Program-made: the position numbers and the translations under genes | The notes under the pieces: model-generated | The model's input: only the letters and a program-made list of their open reading frames with translations | The model's database searches: none | Told to the model about the DNA's origin: nothing | NCBI GenBank assembly: GCA_049521895.1 | Contig: JBEKOJ010000001.1 | Coordinates: 631,114-695,113 of the forward strand | DNA length: 64,000 nucleotides | Direction of reading: 5' to 3' | Source of the DNA: Candidatus Saccharimonadales bacterium | Lineage (GTDB): Bacteria > Patescibacteriota > Saccharimonadia > Saccharimonadales > UBA10212 | In this document: positions 1 to 9,279 of the stretch, one piece after another | How positions within the stretch are numbered: position 1 is the stretch's first letter | Layout of the letters: each line of letters opens with the position of its first letter

Positions 1-698
1 CAGGCGCCAAAGGCGTTACGGCCGTCCGGCTCACCGCTAAGTTTATGCCGGCGGTGCGAAAAATAGGTAGCATCGGCGCCGGTATCAATGTTTTCTACCT
101 CTATATTTTCAGCTAAAATCCCCGCAGCCTTCAACTCATCGAGCACGTAGCCAAACAGATTGATATGTATCCCATCGGGCTCGTTAGTAACGTAGCTGTT
201 CCAGCTTGCATCTAATTTTTTATCGCTTAAGTCTTGATCAACCAATCGGTAGGATTTTTGGCTGATAGACGGCCCAAAATAACAGGATATTTGTTCGGGA
301 GGGTAGCCAAGCGCATTGACTACTTTGGCTGGCAAATGCAATACCGCGCCGCTTGTGCCAACGTGGGCAAGAACCAAAATTTTTTGCCTGGGTACATAGC
401 AAACCAAGGGGATACAATCAGCAGCCCTAAGGGTTAAAAGGGCAGAGAAGCTTTTGGTGATCAGCGCATCGGCCTCCATTTGGAATAACCTTTCAGGGGT
501 CAGGGAGTCAACTTTTACGATGTTGTCTTTGCCGACTGCCGGCATATCATAGACCGTTTTGCCGGGGAATTTGGCCGTAAATTTGGCAAAGTTGGCATCG
601 GCGGTCGGGCCAAAGCTAGCCCGGGTATTACCCAGCGCCTTGCCGCTGTAGCCGACAATTACGCCGCCGCCAATTGTTTTTACAGTTACGGACTCCAT
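1..698 (-). CDS. pgeF: YfiH/PgeF family (DUF152, polyphenol-oxidase-like) protein, 3' end cut by window edge
   Basis: Absent from the ORF track because it runs off the window. The reverse-strand frame from the ATG at 698-696 reads MESVTVKTIGGGVIVGYSGKALGNTRASFGP..EADALITKSFSALLTLRAADCIPLVCY..LAHVGTSGAVLHL..TYFSHRRH. This carries the His/Cys/His pattern typical of YfiH/PgeF. Confidence 0.75.
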   Translation of the reverse strand, partial: MESVTVKTIGGGVIVGYSGKALGNTRASFGPTADANFAKFTAKFPGKTVYDMPAVGKDNIVKVDSLTPERLFQMEADALITKSFSALLTLRAADCIPLVCYVPRQKILVLAHVGTSGAVLHLPAKVVNALGYPPEQISCYFGPSISQKSYRLVDQDLSDKKLDASWNSYVTNEPDGIHINLFGYVLDELKAAGILAENIEVENIDTGADATYFSHRRHKLSGEPDGRNAFGA

Positions 699-781
699 AC
701 ATACATCCTACCACCCTATAAAGTAGGGCGCGGAAACGTACTTGCCGCTTTGGCTGCTCTTTTCCTAACTCGCAAAAATAG

Positions 782-789
782 TGGATAAT
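782..789 (+). promoter_or_regulatory. extended -10 promoter of polA (leaderless-type)
   Basis: TGGATAAT ends 7 nt before ATG 797, and there is no SD. Confidence 0.5.
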
Positions 790-796
790 AGTAGCA

Positions 797-3514
797 ATGG
801 TTGAGAGGCGCAAGAAACTAGCTATTATAGATGGAAAGTCAGTATTCTACCGAGGATACTATGCACTTCCAAATTTAAGCACTAAGGAGGGCGTGCCGAC
901 CGGCGGCGTCTATGGTTTTGCCACCATGGCGCTAGAACTTATCAAGCAGCTCAAGCCGGATTATGTTGCCGTAGCTTGGGACAAGCCCAAAACCAACATC
1001 CGCTCGCGCCTCAAGCTTTATCCGCAGTACAAAGCCGGCCGCAAACCGGCACCGCCGGATTTTTATACCCAAATCCCAGTCTTGCACGAACTACTAGAAG
1101 CCTTCGGCTGGCCCCTGTACGAACTGGATGATTACGAAGCCGACGATATCATGGGTACGCTAGCCGAGCAGGCGCGCAAAAAAGATATCGAAACTATGCT
1201 TATCACCTCTGATCTGGACGCTCTGCAGTTAGTCAATGGACACGTGAAGGTCTATGCGCTTAAACGCGGATTTTCTAATATCGAAGAATTCCATACGGAA
1301 AGTTTTGAGGCTAAATACGGCCTTAAGCCCGAGCAATTTTTGGACTTAAAAGCCCTAAAAGGCGATAACTCTGACAATATCCCCGGCGTGCCCGGTATCG
1401 GCGAAAAAACCGCCACCGAGCTGCTGAAGCAATACGACACGCTGGACGGCGTATATAAAAACCTGCCGGCAATTAAGGAAACTTTGCGCAAAAAACTAGA
1501 GGCAGGCAAAAAACTAGCTTACCTCAGTAAAAAACTGGCTACCATCTGGACGGATGCGCCACTGAAACTTAATTTAGCCGAGATGGACGGCACCAAAATC
1601 AACACCGAGCGGCTACGCGAGCTGCTGCAAAAGCTGGAATTCCGTACGCTGCTGGCCAACCTGCCGGCCAACATGCAAACCATCATTCCGCAAGAAGACA
1701 GAGTGGGCGGCGCCAAACTTAAAACCGGCAAAAATATCCTCATCGATTCCAATCAAAAATTGGCTGAGTTTTCCAAGGGTAATCCTTGGAAAAGGGACAT
1801 GGTTTTTGTCCACTCGCGCTCGGCAGGCAAGCACGGCCAGGATCCGCAGGTGTTGCTGCTCAGCGCAGATGACAAAACCGTCTACACCTTAGACCTAACC
1901 CAACTTTCCCCTGAGGCCGTCAAAAAATCTGTAACCTACAACCTACAACCTACAACCTCTCTAATTGGCTACGACATCAAATCTGATATAAAACTCCTCA
2001 AAAATCTGGGCATAGATGCCCAAAATGTTGGGCATGATGTGTTGGTAGGGGCATTCTTGATCAACCCACTAGTCCGCGCACAAAGTCTAACCGATCTGGC
2101 CATCGCCAACCTGGGCTACGAGGGCGCTTCGCTGGAAGATGTGCCAACGGATGATTTCATGGCTCGCGCGCCGGAATTTATTGCCGTTATCCAGCAGCTT
2201 TATAAAGAAGAAGTCAAAGCGCTGGATAAACTACCCAAGATAGCCAAACTGGCCAAAGACATTGAGTGGCCGCTCATCCCCGTGCTGGCCGATATGGAGA
2301 TGGCCGGTATAAAACTAGACACTGGCTACCTGAAGAAAATCTCCAAAGAACTTGATGGCGACATCAGCGACCTTGAGCAAAAAATTTATGGCCACGCCGA
2401 CCACGAGTTCAATATCAGCTCGCCGGCGCAGCTAGCGGACGTGCTTTTCGTTAAGCTCAACCTGCCCAAGGAGGGTATAAAAAAGACCAAAACCGGCTAT
2501 AGCACCGGCGCTGCGGAGCTGGAAAAACTGCGCGGCCTGCACCCGATTATTGATCTGATAACCCAGTACCGCGAGGCTACCAAACTCAAGAATACCTACG
2601 TTGACACACTGCCCGAACAGGTAGATAAAAACTCGCGCTTGCACACAACTTTTAACCTGACTATCGCCCAAACCGGCCGGCTTAGTTCCACCGATCCAAA
2701 TCTGCAGAATATTCCTGTTCGCACCGAGCTGGGCAAACGCATCCGCACGGCCTTTGTGGCAGAGAAGGGCAATGTGCTAATCAGCGCCGATTACTCCCAG
2801 TTTGAGCTGAGATTAGCCGCCGCGCTATCTGGTGATAAGGGCATGCTGGAAGCTTTTAACCGTGATGCCGACATCCATGTGGAAACCGCCGCCCAAATTT
2901 ATGGTATTCCGGCAGGAAAGGTTACTAAAGCCCAACGTAGCTCAGTCAAAGAAGTTAATTTTGGCATTATGTACGGCCTGGGCCCGCACGCCCTGAGTGT
3001 TAGCACCGGAATGAGCTTTGGTGAGGCCAAAAGATTTATAGACAAGTATTTTGAAATCCGCCCCAAGCTCAAACAATATATCGAACTGCAGCGTAAACTG
3101 GCGCTAGAACAGGGGTATGTAGAGACTTTGTTGGGCCGCCGCCGGCCGACGCCAGACGTAAAATCATCCAACTTCGTGGTGCGCGAGGCGGCTTATCGCG
3201 CGGCTGTGAATATGCCGCTGCAGGGTACGGCAGCCGACATTATGAAACTCGCAATGATTGAAGTCGATCAAAAACTACAATCATTCACCGAAACAAGAAA
3301 CAAGAAACAAGAAACAAGTCCAGTTCCCAGTTCCCAGTTCCATATTCCTCGCATCCTGTTACAAATTCACGACTCCTTAATACTGGAGTGTCCCGTGAAG
3401 GAGGCTAAGGAGATTGGAGAAATGGTAAAGGATGCGATGGAAAACGTTTACACCAAACTACCCGTCAAACTCAAAGCCGACATCTCGCACGGCGCTAACT
3501 GGGGAGAGCTTTGA
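797..3514 (+). CDS. polA: DNA polymerase I
   Basis: 905-aa ORF. N-terminal 5'-3' exonuclease motifs (GVPGIGEKTA). C-terminal family A polymerase motifs (DYSQFELRLAA, KEVNFGIMYG, QIHDSLILE). The extended -10 TGGATAAT ends 7 nt before the ATG. Confidence 0.95.
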   Translation: MVERRKKLAIIDGKSVFYRGYYALPNLSTKEGVPTGGVYGFATMALELIKQLKPDYVAVAWDKPKTNIRSRLKLYPQYKAGRKPAPPDFYTQIPVLHELLEAFGWPLYELDDYEADDIMGTLAEQARKKDIETMLITSDLDALQLVNGHVKVYALKRGFSNIEEFHTESFEAKYGLKPEQFLDLKALKGDNSDNIPGVPGIGEKTATELLKQYDTLDGVYKNLPAIKETLRKKLEAGKKLAYLSKKLATIWTDAPLKLNLAEMDGTKINTERLRELLQKLEFRTLLANLPANMQTIIPQEDRVGGAKLKTGKNILIDSNQKLAEFSKGNPWKRDMVFVHSRSAGKHGQDPQVLLLSADDKTVYTLDLTQLSPEAVKKSVTYNLQPTTSLIGYDIKSDIKLLKNLGIDAQNVGHDVLVGAFLINPLVRAQSLTDLAIANLGYEGASLEDVPTDDFMARAPEFIAVIQQLYKEEVKALDKLPKIAKLAKDIEWPLIPVLADMEMAGIKLDTGYLKKISKELDGDISDLEQKIYGHADHEFNISSPAQLADVLFVKLNLPKEGIKKTKTGYSTGAAELEKLRGLHPIIDLITQYREATKLKNTYVDTLPEQVDKNSRLHTTFNLTIAQTGRLSSTDPNLQNIPVRTELGKRIRTAFVAEKGNVLISADYSQFELRLAAALSGDKGMLEAFNRDADIHVETAAQIYGIPAGKVTKAQRSSVKEVNFGIMYGLGPHALSVSTGMSFGEAKRFIDKYFEIRPKLKQYIELQRKLALEQGYVETLLGRRRPTPDVKSSNFVVREAAYRAAVNMPLQGTAADIMKLAMIEVDQKLQSFTETRNKKQETSPVPSSQFHIPRILLQIHDSLILECPVKEAKEIGEMVKDAMENVYTKLPVKLKADISHGANWGEL

Positions 3515-4101
3515 AGTATCTTAAGGTCGGTTCGGAAGAGGAAATGGTGGCGATTTTCTTGAAAGCCGAATTAGACTCACCGCGTTTTAGTAAATTGATT
3601 AAGAAAAATTCTAAAAAATTTAATGTCCCTCTATCTGTTATTGAGCATCCAGATTTAAGAGATTCAAACCAAAATCAGCAAAGATCCAAGATACTTACAA
3701 GTTACCGTGGCTGGGGAACTAGAACTAAGATGTTTGAAAACTTCCCAAGCAAGCTACGTTGGGAATGGTGGGAGTTAAATAAATCAGATGTTTTAAATCT
3801 CTGCTACGTCGATTATTCATACTGGAACGAGCTGAGCAGAGGTAGCCATTTAGTAAAAGACGGGGTTCAGACAGTACGGGACGGTGTTGAAATTTATGGC
3901 GTTTCAAACCAGCAATATCTAGATTTGGCACAAAAGATAGACAAAAATGCCAGTTTGCCGCCACTAATTCTTGACCAGGCACGGTCCGAGGGACGATTAG
4001 AAATTATTGAAGGCCATGTCCGAGCTACTGCATTCGGTTTGTCCAAACAAAAGAACATTACAGTAAAAGCTCTAATTGGTAAGAACCGGGGCGAACTATG
4101 A
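3511..4101 (+). CDS. hypothetical protein (AT-rich accessory ORF; true start uncertain)
   Basis: 196-aa ORF overlapping the polA stop. No motif recognised with confidence. The LEIIEGHVRATAF segment is only vaguely ParB/Srx-like. Confidence 0.45.
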   Translation: MKYLKVGSEEEMVAIFLKAELDSPRFSKLIKKNSKKFNVPLSVIEHPDLRDSNQNQQRSKILTSYRGWGTRTKMFENFPSKLRWEWWELNKSDVLNLCYVDYSYWNELSRGSHLVKDGVQTVRDGVEIYGVSNQQYLDLAQKIDKNASLPPLILDQARSEGRLEIIEGHVRATAFGLSKQKNITVKALIGKNRGEL

Positions 4102-4113
4102 AAATAACACTTT

Positions 4114-4527
4114 ATGCGGCAGCAAATGATTAGGTTGGCGGGGTGCGTGATTACCGATGAGCGAGGCAGGGTTTTGCTACTGCACCGCAACAACGGTAAG
4201 CACACTCACTGGGAAATTCCTGGCGGCAAAATTGACCGTGGCGAATCGGCCGAAGAAGCGGCAATACGCGAAATCAAAGAAGAGCTAGATGTGGATGTGG
4301 TTATTGAGCGAAAATTTGGCGAGAAAGAATTTAAGATGGAAGACAGCACGCAGATGCACCATACCTGGTACTTGGCGCAGATAGTCAGCGGCAAGCCCAG
4401 AATTGCTGAACCGCAAACATTTGATGATTTACGCTACTTTTACATTGAAGAGTTAACCAAAATCCGCGATCAACTATCACATAGTGCAAAAAATTTCCTT
4501 GAAGTCTTTGAGCGCAGGTCAAAATGA
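4114..4527 (+). CDS. NUDIX hydrolase
   Basis: Nudix box GGKIDRGESAEEAAIREIKEELDV (GX5EX7REUXEEXGU). Confidence 0.85.
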   Translation: MRQQMIRLAGCVITDERGRVLLLHRNNGKHTHWEIPGGKIDRGESAEEAAIREIKEELDVDVVIERKFGEKEFKMEDSTQMHHTWYLAQIVSGKPRIAEPQTFDDLRYFYIEELTKIRDQLSHSAKNFLEVFERRSK

Positions 4528-4576
4528 TAAAAATTACACTATATGTAGCGGTATAATTAAAGTTCAGGAGGAAAGT

Positions 4577-5395
4577 ATGAAAATACCGAGTTTAGAGATG
4601 AATAATGGGCGGGAAATTCCGCAGATTGGCTTTGGGTTGTGGCGCAACACGGACGAAAAAGAATGCGTAGAATCAGTAAAGCTGGCGCTAAAAGCCGGCT
4701 ATCGCCACTTTGACGATGCCCAAGTTTATGAAAACGAGGAATATCTCGGCGAAGCACTAAAAGATAGCGACTTTAAGCGTGAGGAGCTATTTGTCACCAC
4801 CAAAATTGGCGTCAAAAACTTTGGCTATCATCGCGCATCAAAAAGTTTCAAAGTCTCGCTGGAAAAGCTACGGATGGAGTATGTAGACTTGCTGTTGCTG
4901 CACTTTCCGGTGCCGCTACTGCGTGGCAAATCTTGGAAAGCGCTGGAGGAAATCCACGCGGCGGGCCAGGCCAAAGCCATTGGCGTGAGTAATTACACTA
5001 TCCGCCACTTGGAAGAGTTGTTAAAGGACTGCAAAGTGCGGCCAGCCGTCAACCAGGTAGAGCTAAGCGTGGTTCTGCAACAGCCGGAACTAGTAGATTA
5101 CTGCAAAGAGCAAGGCATAATCGTAGAGGCTTACACACCTCTGGCAGAAGGCCACTTTTTCGATGACCCAACGCTCAAAGAAATCGCCAAAAAGCATGGC
5201 AAATCAGTGCCGCAAATAATGCTGCGCTGGTGCATAGATTACGGCGTGGTGGCGCTGACCAAATCCATCCACGAGGACCGCATCAAGAGTAATATCGACA
5301 TTTTCGACTTCAAATTAGATGACGCAGACATGAAAAAATTAAAAACACTGGACAAAAACTACCGCACCAACTGGGACCCCACCCACGTAGCATGA
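4577..5395 (+). CDS. aldo/keto reductase (2,5-diketo-D-gluconate reductase-like)
   Basis: ORF 4484..5395, with the start chosen at ATG 4577 after the AGGAGG RBS. AKR signatures present: GFGLW, AGYRHFDDAQVYENE, LLLHFP, IGVSNY. Confidence 0.85.
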   Translation: MKIPSLEMNNGREIPQIGFGLWRNTDEKECVESVKLALKAGYRHFDDAQVYENEEYLGEALKDSDFKREELFVTTKIGVKNFGYHRASKSFKVSLEKLRMEYVDLLLLHFPVPLLRGKSWKALEEIHAAGQAKAIGVSNYTIRHLEELLKDCKVRPAVNQVELSVVLQQPELVDYCKEQGIIVEAYTPLAEGHFFDDPTLKEIAKKHGKSVPQIMLRWCIDYGVVALTKSIHEDRIKSNIDIFDFKLDDADMKKLKTLDKNYRTNWDPTHVA

Positions 5396-5958
5396 AAGAA
5401 GAACCGGTAGACATCTTAGACGAGCAGATGAATACGACGGGTAAAACGATGCTGAAATCCGAGGCTCATAAAAAAAGTCTTCGTCATGGCGGCGCACATC
5501 TGTGGATCTACAATTCTAAGGGAGAAATTCTACTCCAACTCCGCCACCCCAGTAAAGTTATTCGTCCCAATGTTTGGGATGTTTCTGCAGCCGGGCATAT
5601 AAGCGCGGGGGATACCCCCGAAGAGACTGCAGTACGTGAAGCCGAAGAAGAGCTTGGCGTAAAGGTAGACCCAGATAAGTTTATTTTTATAGGGATTAAC
5701 AAGGTAGATGAACCTATGCCGGATGGTTGGACGCACCGGGGCTTCAATTGGTCATACGTGATAGAACTTGATTTGGATTTGAGCAAACTAAAGTTCCAAA
5801 AAGGCGAAGTCGCCGATATCCGCTGGGTTCCGCTGGACCAGTTCGAGGCCGAGATTAATGATCCCCAGCGATCTAAAAAATATACTCCTTCTCGCCTAGA
5901 GTTTTACCCAGTTATAATAGAAAGCATTCGGAAAGAATTAGGGCGACATCACAGGTGA
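5392..5958 (+). CDS. NUDIX hydrolase (Idi-like subgroup)
   Basis: Nudix box AGHISAGDTPEETAVREAEEELGV. ATGA overlap with the upstream gene. Confidence 0.8.
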   Translation: MKEEPVDILDEQMNTTGKTMLKSEAHKKSLRHGGAHLWIYNSKGEILLQLRHPSKVIRPNVWDVSAAGHISAGDTPEETAVREAEEELGVKVDPDKFIFIGINKVDEPMPDGWTHRGFNWSYVIELDLDLSKLKFQKGEVADIRWVPLDQFEAEINDPQRSKKYTPSRLEFYPVIIESIRKELGRHHR

Positions 5959-6503
5959 AAACACTCAAGATTTACGTAGCAGGGAAAATGTCCAAGCACT
6001 CCCATTTTGATTCGCATTACTGGCGCGACGATTTTTTGCAGCAGCTGGCAAAACTCACGGGCTTACGGTTTATTAGTTTTGATCCTACCAGCACCACCAA
6101 AGACTATACCTTTCCCGAATTGGTTTTTGGCAGCGACGTGCACATGATTTCACAAATTGATGTTCTGGTTGCTTACCTTAGTGATGACTTTAGTGTTGGT
6201 GGCTCGCAGGAGATCTTAATCGCCAAATATTATAAAAAGCCGGTTATTGCGCTGGCACCTTTTGGCGGTATATTCCATACCAAGAATAAGGAAGTTACCG
6301 GCCAGATCATTGAAGATTTTAAACATCCTTTTGTCTATTCCACCTGCGACGTTGTCTGCGAGACTGTAGGAGAAGTCGCCGAGGCGCTAAAAAACTTGGA
6401 CAAGATCAAACCCAAAACCCTGAAATTAATTGACGACGCCCACGCCAAATTCAACAAAAAACACCTAAAAACCAAAATGTACCAAGAACATCGTATTGGT
6501 TGA
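5955..6503 (+). CDS. nucleoside 2-deoxyribosyltransferase-like protein
   Basis: KIYVAGKM N-terminus and DVLVAYLSDDFSVGGSQEILIAKYYKKPVIAL fit the NDT-fold pattern. Called by motif only. Confidence 0.5.
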   Translation: MKTLKIYVAGKMSKHSHFDSHYWRDDFLQQLAKLTGLRFISFDPTSTTKDYTFPELVFGSDVHMISQIDVLVAYLSDDFSVGGSQEILIAKYYKKPVIALAPFGGIFHTKNKEVTGQIIEDFKHPFVYSTCDVVCETVGEVAEALKNLDKIKPKTLKLIDDAHAKFNKKHLKTKMYQEHRIG

Positions 6504-6516
6504 ATAAACCGATTGG

Positions 6517-7194
6517 TTAAGCGGCAAGGTCTTGGTAGGGCTTAGATGCAACAATTTTATGAAAGATTGGCTGCAAGCGGTTGACTCGATCGCCGGCTGA
6601 ACGGGGATGACCGCCATCTGGAATTTTTAATATTGGTAGGGAGCCTTCCTCATTTTGCCGCGCCGTATCCAGCCAAGATTTAGTCTCGGCAATAGCCAAT
6701 TCTGTCATGATTAGGCCGGCGTGCGTTAAGTTATCTCGTCTATCAATTTGACCTAGCATCGCGATATGCACCAGCCGGGCGCACACTTCGTAGGCTCTAT
6801 CCTCAGGAATTTTTATAACTATAACTTCGTTAGCAGCCACGCGACCCAATACTCTATCGATAGCCTTTGCTTGAACTTCCAACATATCGGCCGGGTGTTT
6901 TTCAATGGTCCCATCGGCCTCAGCCCTAAGTAATATTGCCGATGAAATTATCCCCGCAATATTTTTTCCCTGATTAAAAAAGGCCAAAGCGCTTACTTCT
7001 GGATCACCTTCAATATCGTATAAATTCCGTCTGGTAACATTACCATCATGCTGTGATACAGCTCGTCCATCCAACCAGCCGGCCAGCTGGCCTTTGTAGG
7101 GCGCCATTAACGAAGCCCAAAGCAGTTCTTTGCGCAACCACTCGCGGGGACTGAACTCGCCTTGGCCAGTAACTTCCACTCGGCTATCAGACAT
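6517..7194 (-). CDS. hypothetical protein
   Basis: 225-aa ORF with no recognisable motif. Lies downstream of the split phosphotransferase genes on the same strand. Confidence 0.6.
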   Translation of the reverse strand: MSDSRVEVTGQGEFSPREWLRKELLWASLMAPYKGQLAGWLDGRAVSQHDGNVTRRNLYDIEGDPEVSALAFFNQGKNIAGIISSAILLRAEADGTIEKHPADMLEVQAKAIDRVLGRVAANEVIVIKIPEDRAYEVCARLVHIAMLGQIDRRDNLTHAGLIMTELAIAETKSWLDTARQNEEGSLPILKIPDGGHPRSAGDRVNRLQPIFHKIVASKPYQDLAA

Positions 7195-7315
7195 AAGTCA
7201 CGATATTATAATATAAACACCAGTCCCTTACAAGATGTAGAACAGGCCAAGAGTTTATTAATGGCAGACATAATACTTAGACTGGCAACTTTGGCATCGT
7301 TTTATAATTAAAAAT

Positions 7316-8413
7316 TTAGGCTAGCTTAACAAGGCCAGCGTCGGCATCAACAGATACGATCTGGCCATTTTTGAGTACTTTGGTGGCATTGCCAGCGCCC
7401 ACAATGCAGGGCTTTTTAAGCTCGCGGGCTACAATCGCCGCATGCGACAAAATCCCGCCTTGGTCAGTTACGATCGCGGCAGCTTTTTGTATCAACGGTA
7501 CGTAATTTGGTGTCGTGACCTCACAAACTAGCACCGCGCCCTCCGGGAAATCTTCATCAACACCGTCCGCCTGGACAATTCTCACCGGGCCCTTGGCTTT
7601 ACCCGGGCTGCCAACCAGGCCATAAATAAGCGCGTTAGCATCTGTTTTTGGCTCCTCAATTATTATATTTGAATACATTTTTCCCAAGGCCGGGCTATAG
7701 TCTATAAACCATGTTCCAAGCGACGAATTGGTAGTTTCAAAATAACCCTCCAGATAATTATGTGTGAAGGTCGCCCTAAGCTTTTTGCTGAGCGTAGTTT
7801 GCTTGGTAGCGTCCGGAACATATAGGTAATCAGCCAAGGATTTTAGGTGTTCCAGAGCCTTTTTGTCGGCTGGCGCAACCATCCATTTTTTAAAATCGTA
7901 CCTAAAGACATGCGGCCGGTTTTTATCATGAAAGCCTTGAGTCAATTGATGATGTCCACCCCAGATTATCTCGCCTTGGATGCCATGTTTATTAACGATA
8001 AAAATGGTCGCCCAAGAATAGTCGGGTGGGTGGGGGATAAAATCCGCGCGGTATTTTGCCGGCTTAATGTCTTGCTCTAGGAACCACTTGTAGGCATTCT
8101 TTATAGATTTGCCGCGCATACGCAATTTCGGCAAATCATCTTCTTTGGGGATCAAACGCAGGGCACACAACTCATCACCATGTTTCCGCAAATATTTAAT
8201 GAAACCAGCTGTTTTATCAGCTAAATCCACTGCCTCAAACTGTGTCGGCTTATCAAATGGTAAGCCAATAACATCGTTGAGGATTTTTAATCGCTCACGC
8301 TTGTCGTTATCCTCGCGTCTGATCGCTTTGGCGTCTTTGTGTTTGATATCTTCCAACCACTCAGTCAGGGATTTCTGAGTTTTTAGCAGTTCGGCTAATT
8401 TCTCGTCCGCCAT
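7316..8413 (-). CDS. PEP-utilising enzyme, mobile (swivel His) domain protein with unknown N-terminal domain
   Basis: The C-terminus VTDQGGILSHAAIVARELKKPCIVG is the PEP-utilizers phosphohistidine motif. An AGGAGG RBS lies 9 nt upstream of the ATG. Confidence 0.8.
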   Translation of the reverse strand: MADEKLAELLKTQKSLTEWLEDIKHKDAKAIRREDNDKRERLKILNDVIGLPFDKPTQFEAVDLADKTAGFIKYLRKHGDELCALRLIPKEDDLPKLRMRGKSIKNAYKWFLEQDIKPAKYRADFIPHPPDYSWATIFIVNKHGIQGEIIWGGHHQLTQGFHDKNRPHVFRYDFKKWMVAPADKKALEHLKSLADYLYVPDATKQTTLSKKLRATFTHNYLEGYFETTNSSLGTWFIDYSPALGKMYSNIIIEEPKTDANALIYGLVGSPGKAKGPVRIVQADGVDEDFPEGAVLVCEVTTPNYVPLIQKAAAIVTDQGGILSHAAIVARELKKPCIVGAGNATKVLKNGQIVSVDADAGLVKLA

Positions 8414-8448
8414 AAGTTCAATCCTCCTAGAGTTTTTAGCATATCATC

Positions 8449-9180
8449 TCAACCGAGGGCAGTTACAGGGCGGCTCTGCAGAATATAAAGCTTGCCTTGG
8501 GCTATAGTCCACTCCACATCAACAGGGAAGGCAAAGTATTTTTCTAGCCGTTTTACCGCATCACTAACCTCTGTTATTTGCTTATCAGTAAGCATGTTTT
8601 TCTTGCCTTTGGTGTGTATTTCTATAACTTGGCCAGTTTTCTTATCAATAATGTAACTGTCCGGCGTTACCTCACCAGATACTAACGGTTCAGCCAATCC
8701 GCGGACGACCTCGATTATCATATGATTACGATTCTTGGTAACCGGATGCACGGAAAAGGCGACACCGCTAACTTCACTTGGAATCATAACCTGCACAACG
8801 ACTGCCACAGCGCCGGTTTGTAAGCCTTTTTGCTTGGCATAAGCCCTGGCTCGCGGAGAATTGGCAGAACCCCAGCATTTTTTAACTGCATCTAATAGAT
8901 GAGAACGATCTATACTCAAAAAAGTATCCAGCTGCCCGGCCCATGCCGCGCCTTTAGCATCTTCTGCTACAGCGCTTGAACGTACAGTTACCTGTCTGGC
9001 GCCCAGACTGTCGAAATCGTCCAAAATTGCTTTTTCCAGCTCGCGGCTCATTTTTTGGGAAGCCTCAGCGGTCACCACAAATCCTGGCGGTACGTCAAAC
9101 CCACTTTTTATGAGTTGGCTCAACGCTCGTGCTTTCCCGCCGACTAAAGAAATGTCTTCGACTTGCCCCAAGGGAACCAT
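8449..9180 (-). CDS. pyruvate phosphate dikinase-type ATP-grasp (PPDK_N) domain protein
   Basis: VGGKARALSQL..VTVRSSAVAEDAKGAAWAGQLDTFL..VAVVVQVMI..GVAFS is the PEP synthase/PPDK N-terminal nucleotide-binding domain. The ORF track starts at 9228. I prefer ATG 9180 (MVPLG) after GGAGGAG. Confidence 0.8.
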   Translation of the reverse strand: MVPLGQVEDISLVGGKARALSQLIKSGFDVPPGFVVTAEASQKMSRELEKAILDDFDSLGARQVTVRSSAVAEDAKGAAWAGQLDTFLSIDRSHLLDAVKKCWGSANSPRARAYAKQKGLQTGAVAVVVQVMIPSEVSGVAFSVHPVTKNRNHMIIEVVRGLAEPLVSGEVTPDSYIIDKKTGQVIEIHTKGKKNMLTDKQITEVSDAVKRLEKYFAFPVDVEWTIAQGKLYILQSRPVTALG

Positions 9181-9279
9181 CAATAACTCCTCCATATGGA
9201 TATCATACCAGCCCCCAAAAGGTTGCAAGCACGGAAATATTATTGTATTATAACCATCGTTAAGAGAGTTTTGTAAGGA

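Noticed and set aside
234-813. ORFs 234-437 (+) and 628-813 (-)
   Set aside because: The first is antisense to the PgeF/YfiH coding frame, which has clear family motifs. The second is out of frame with it.
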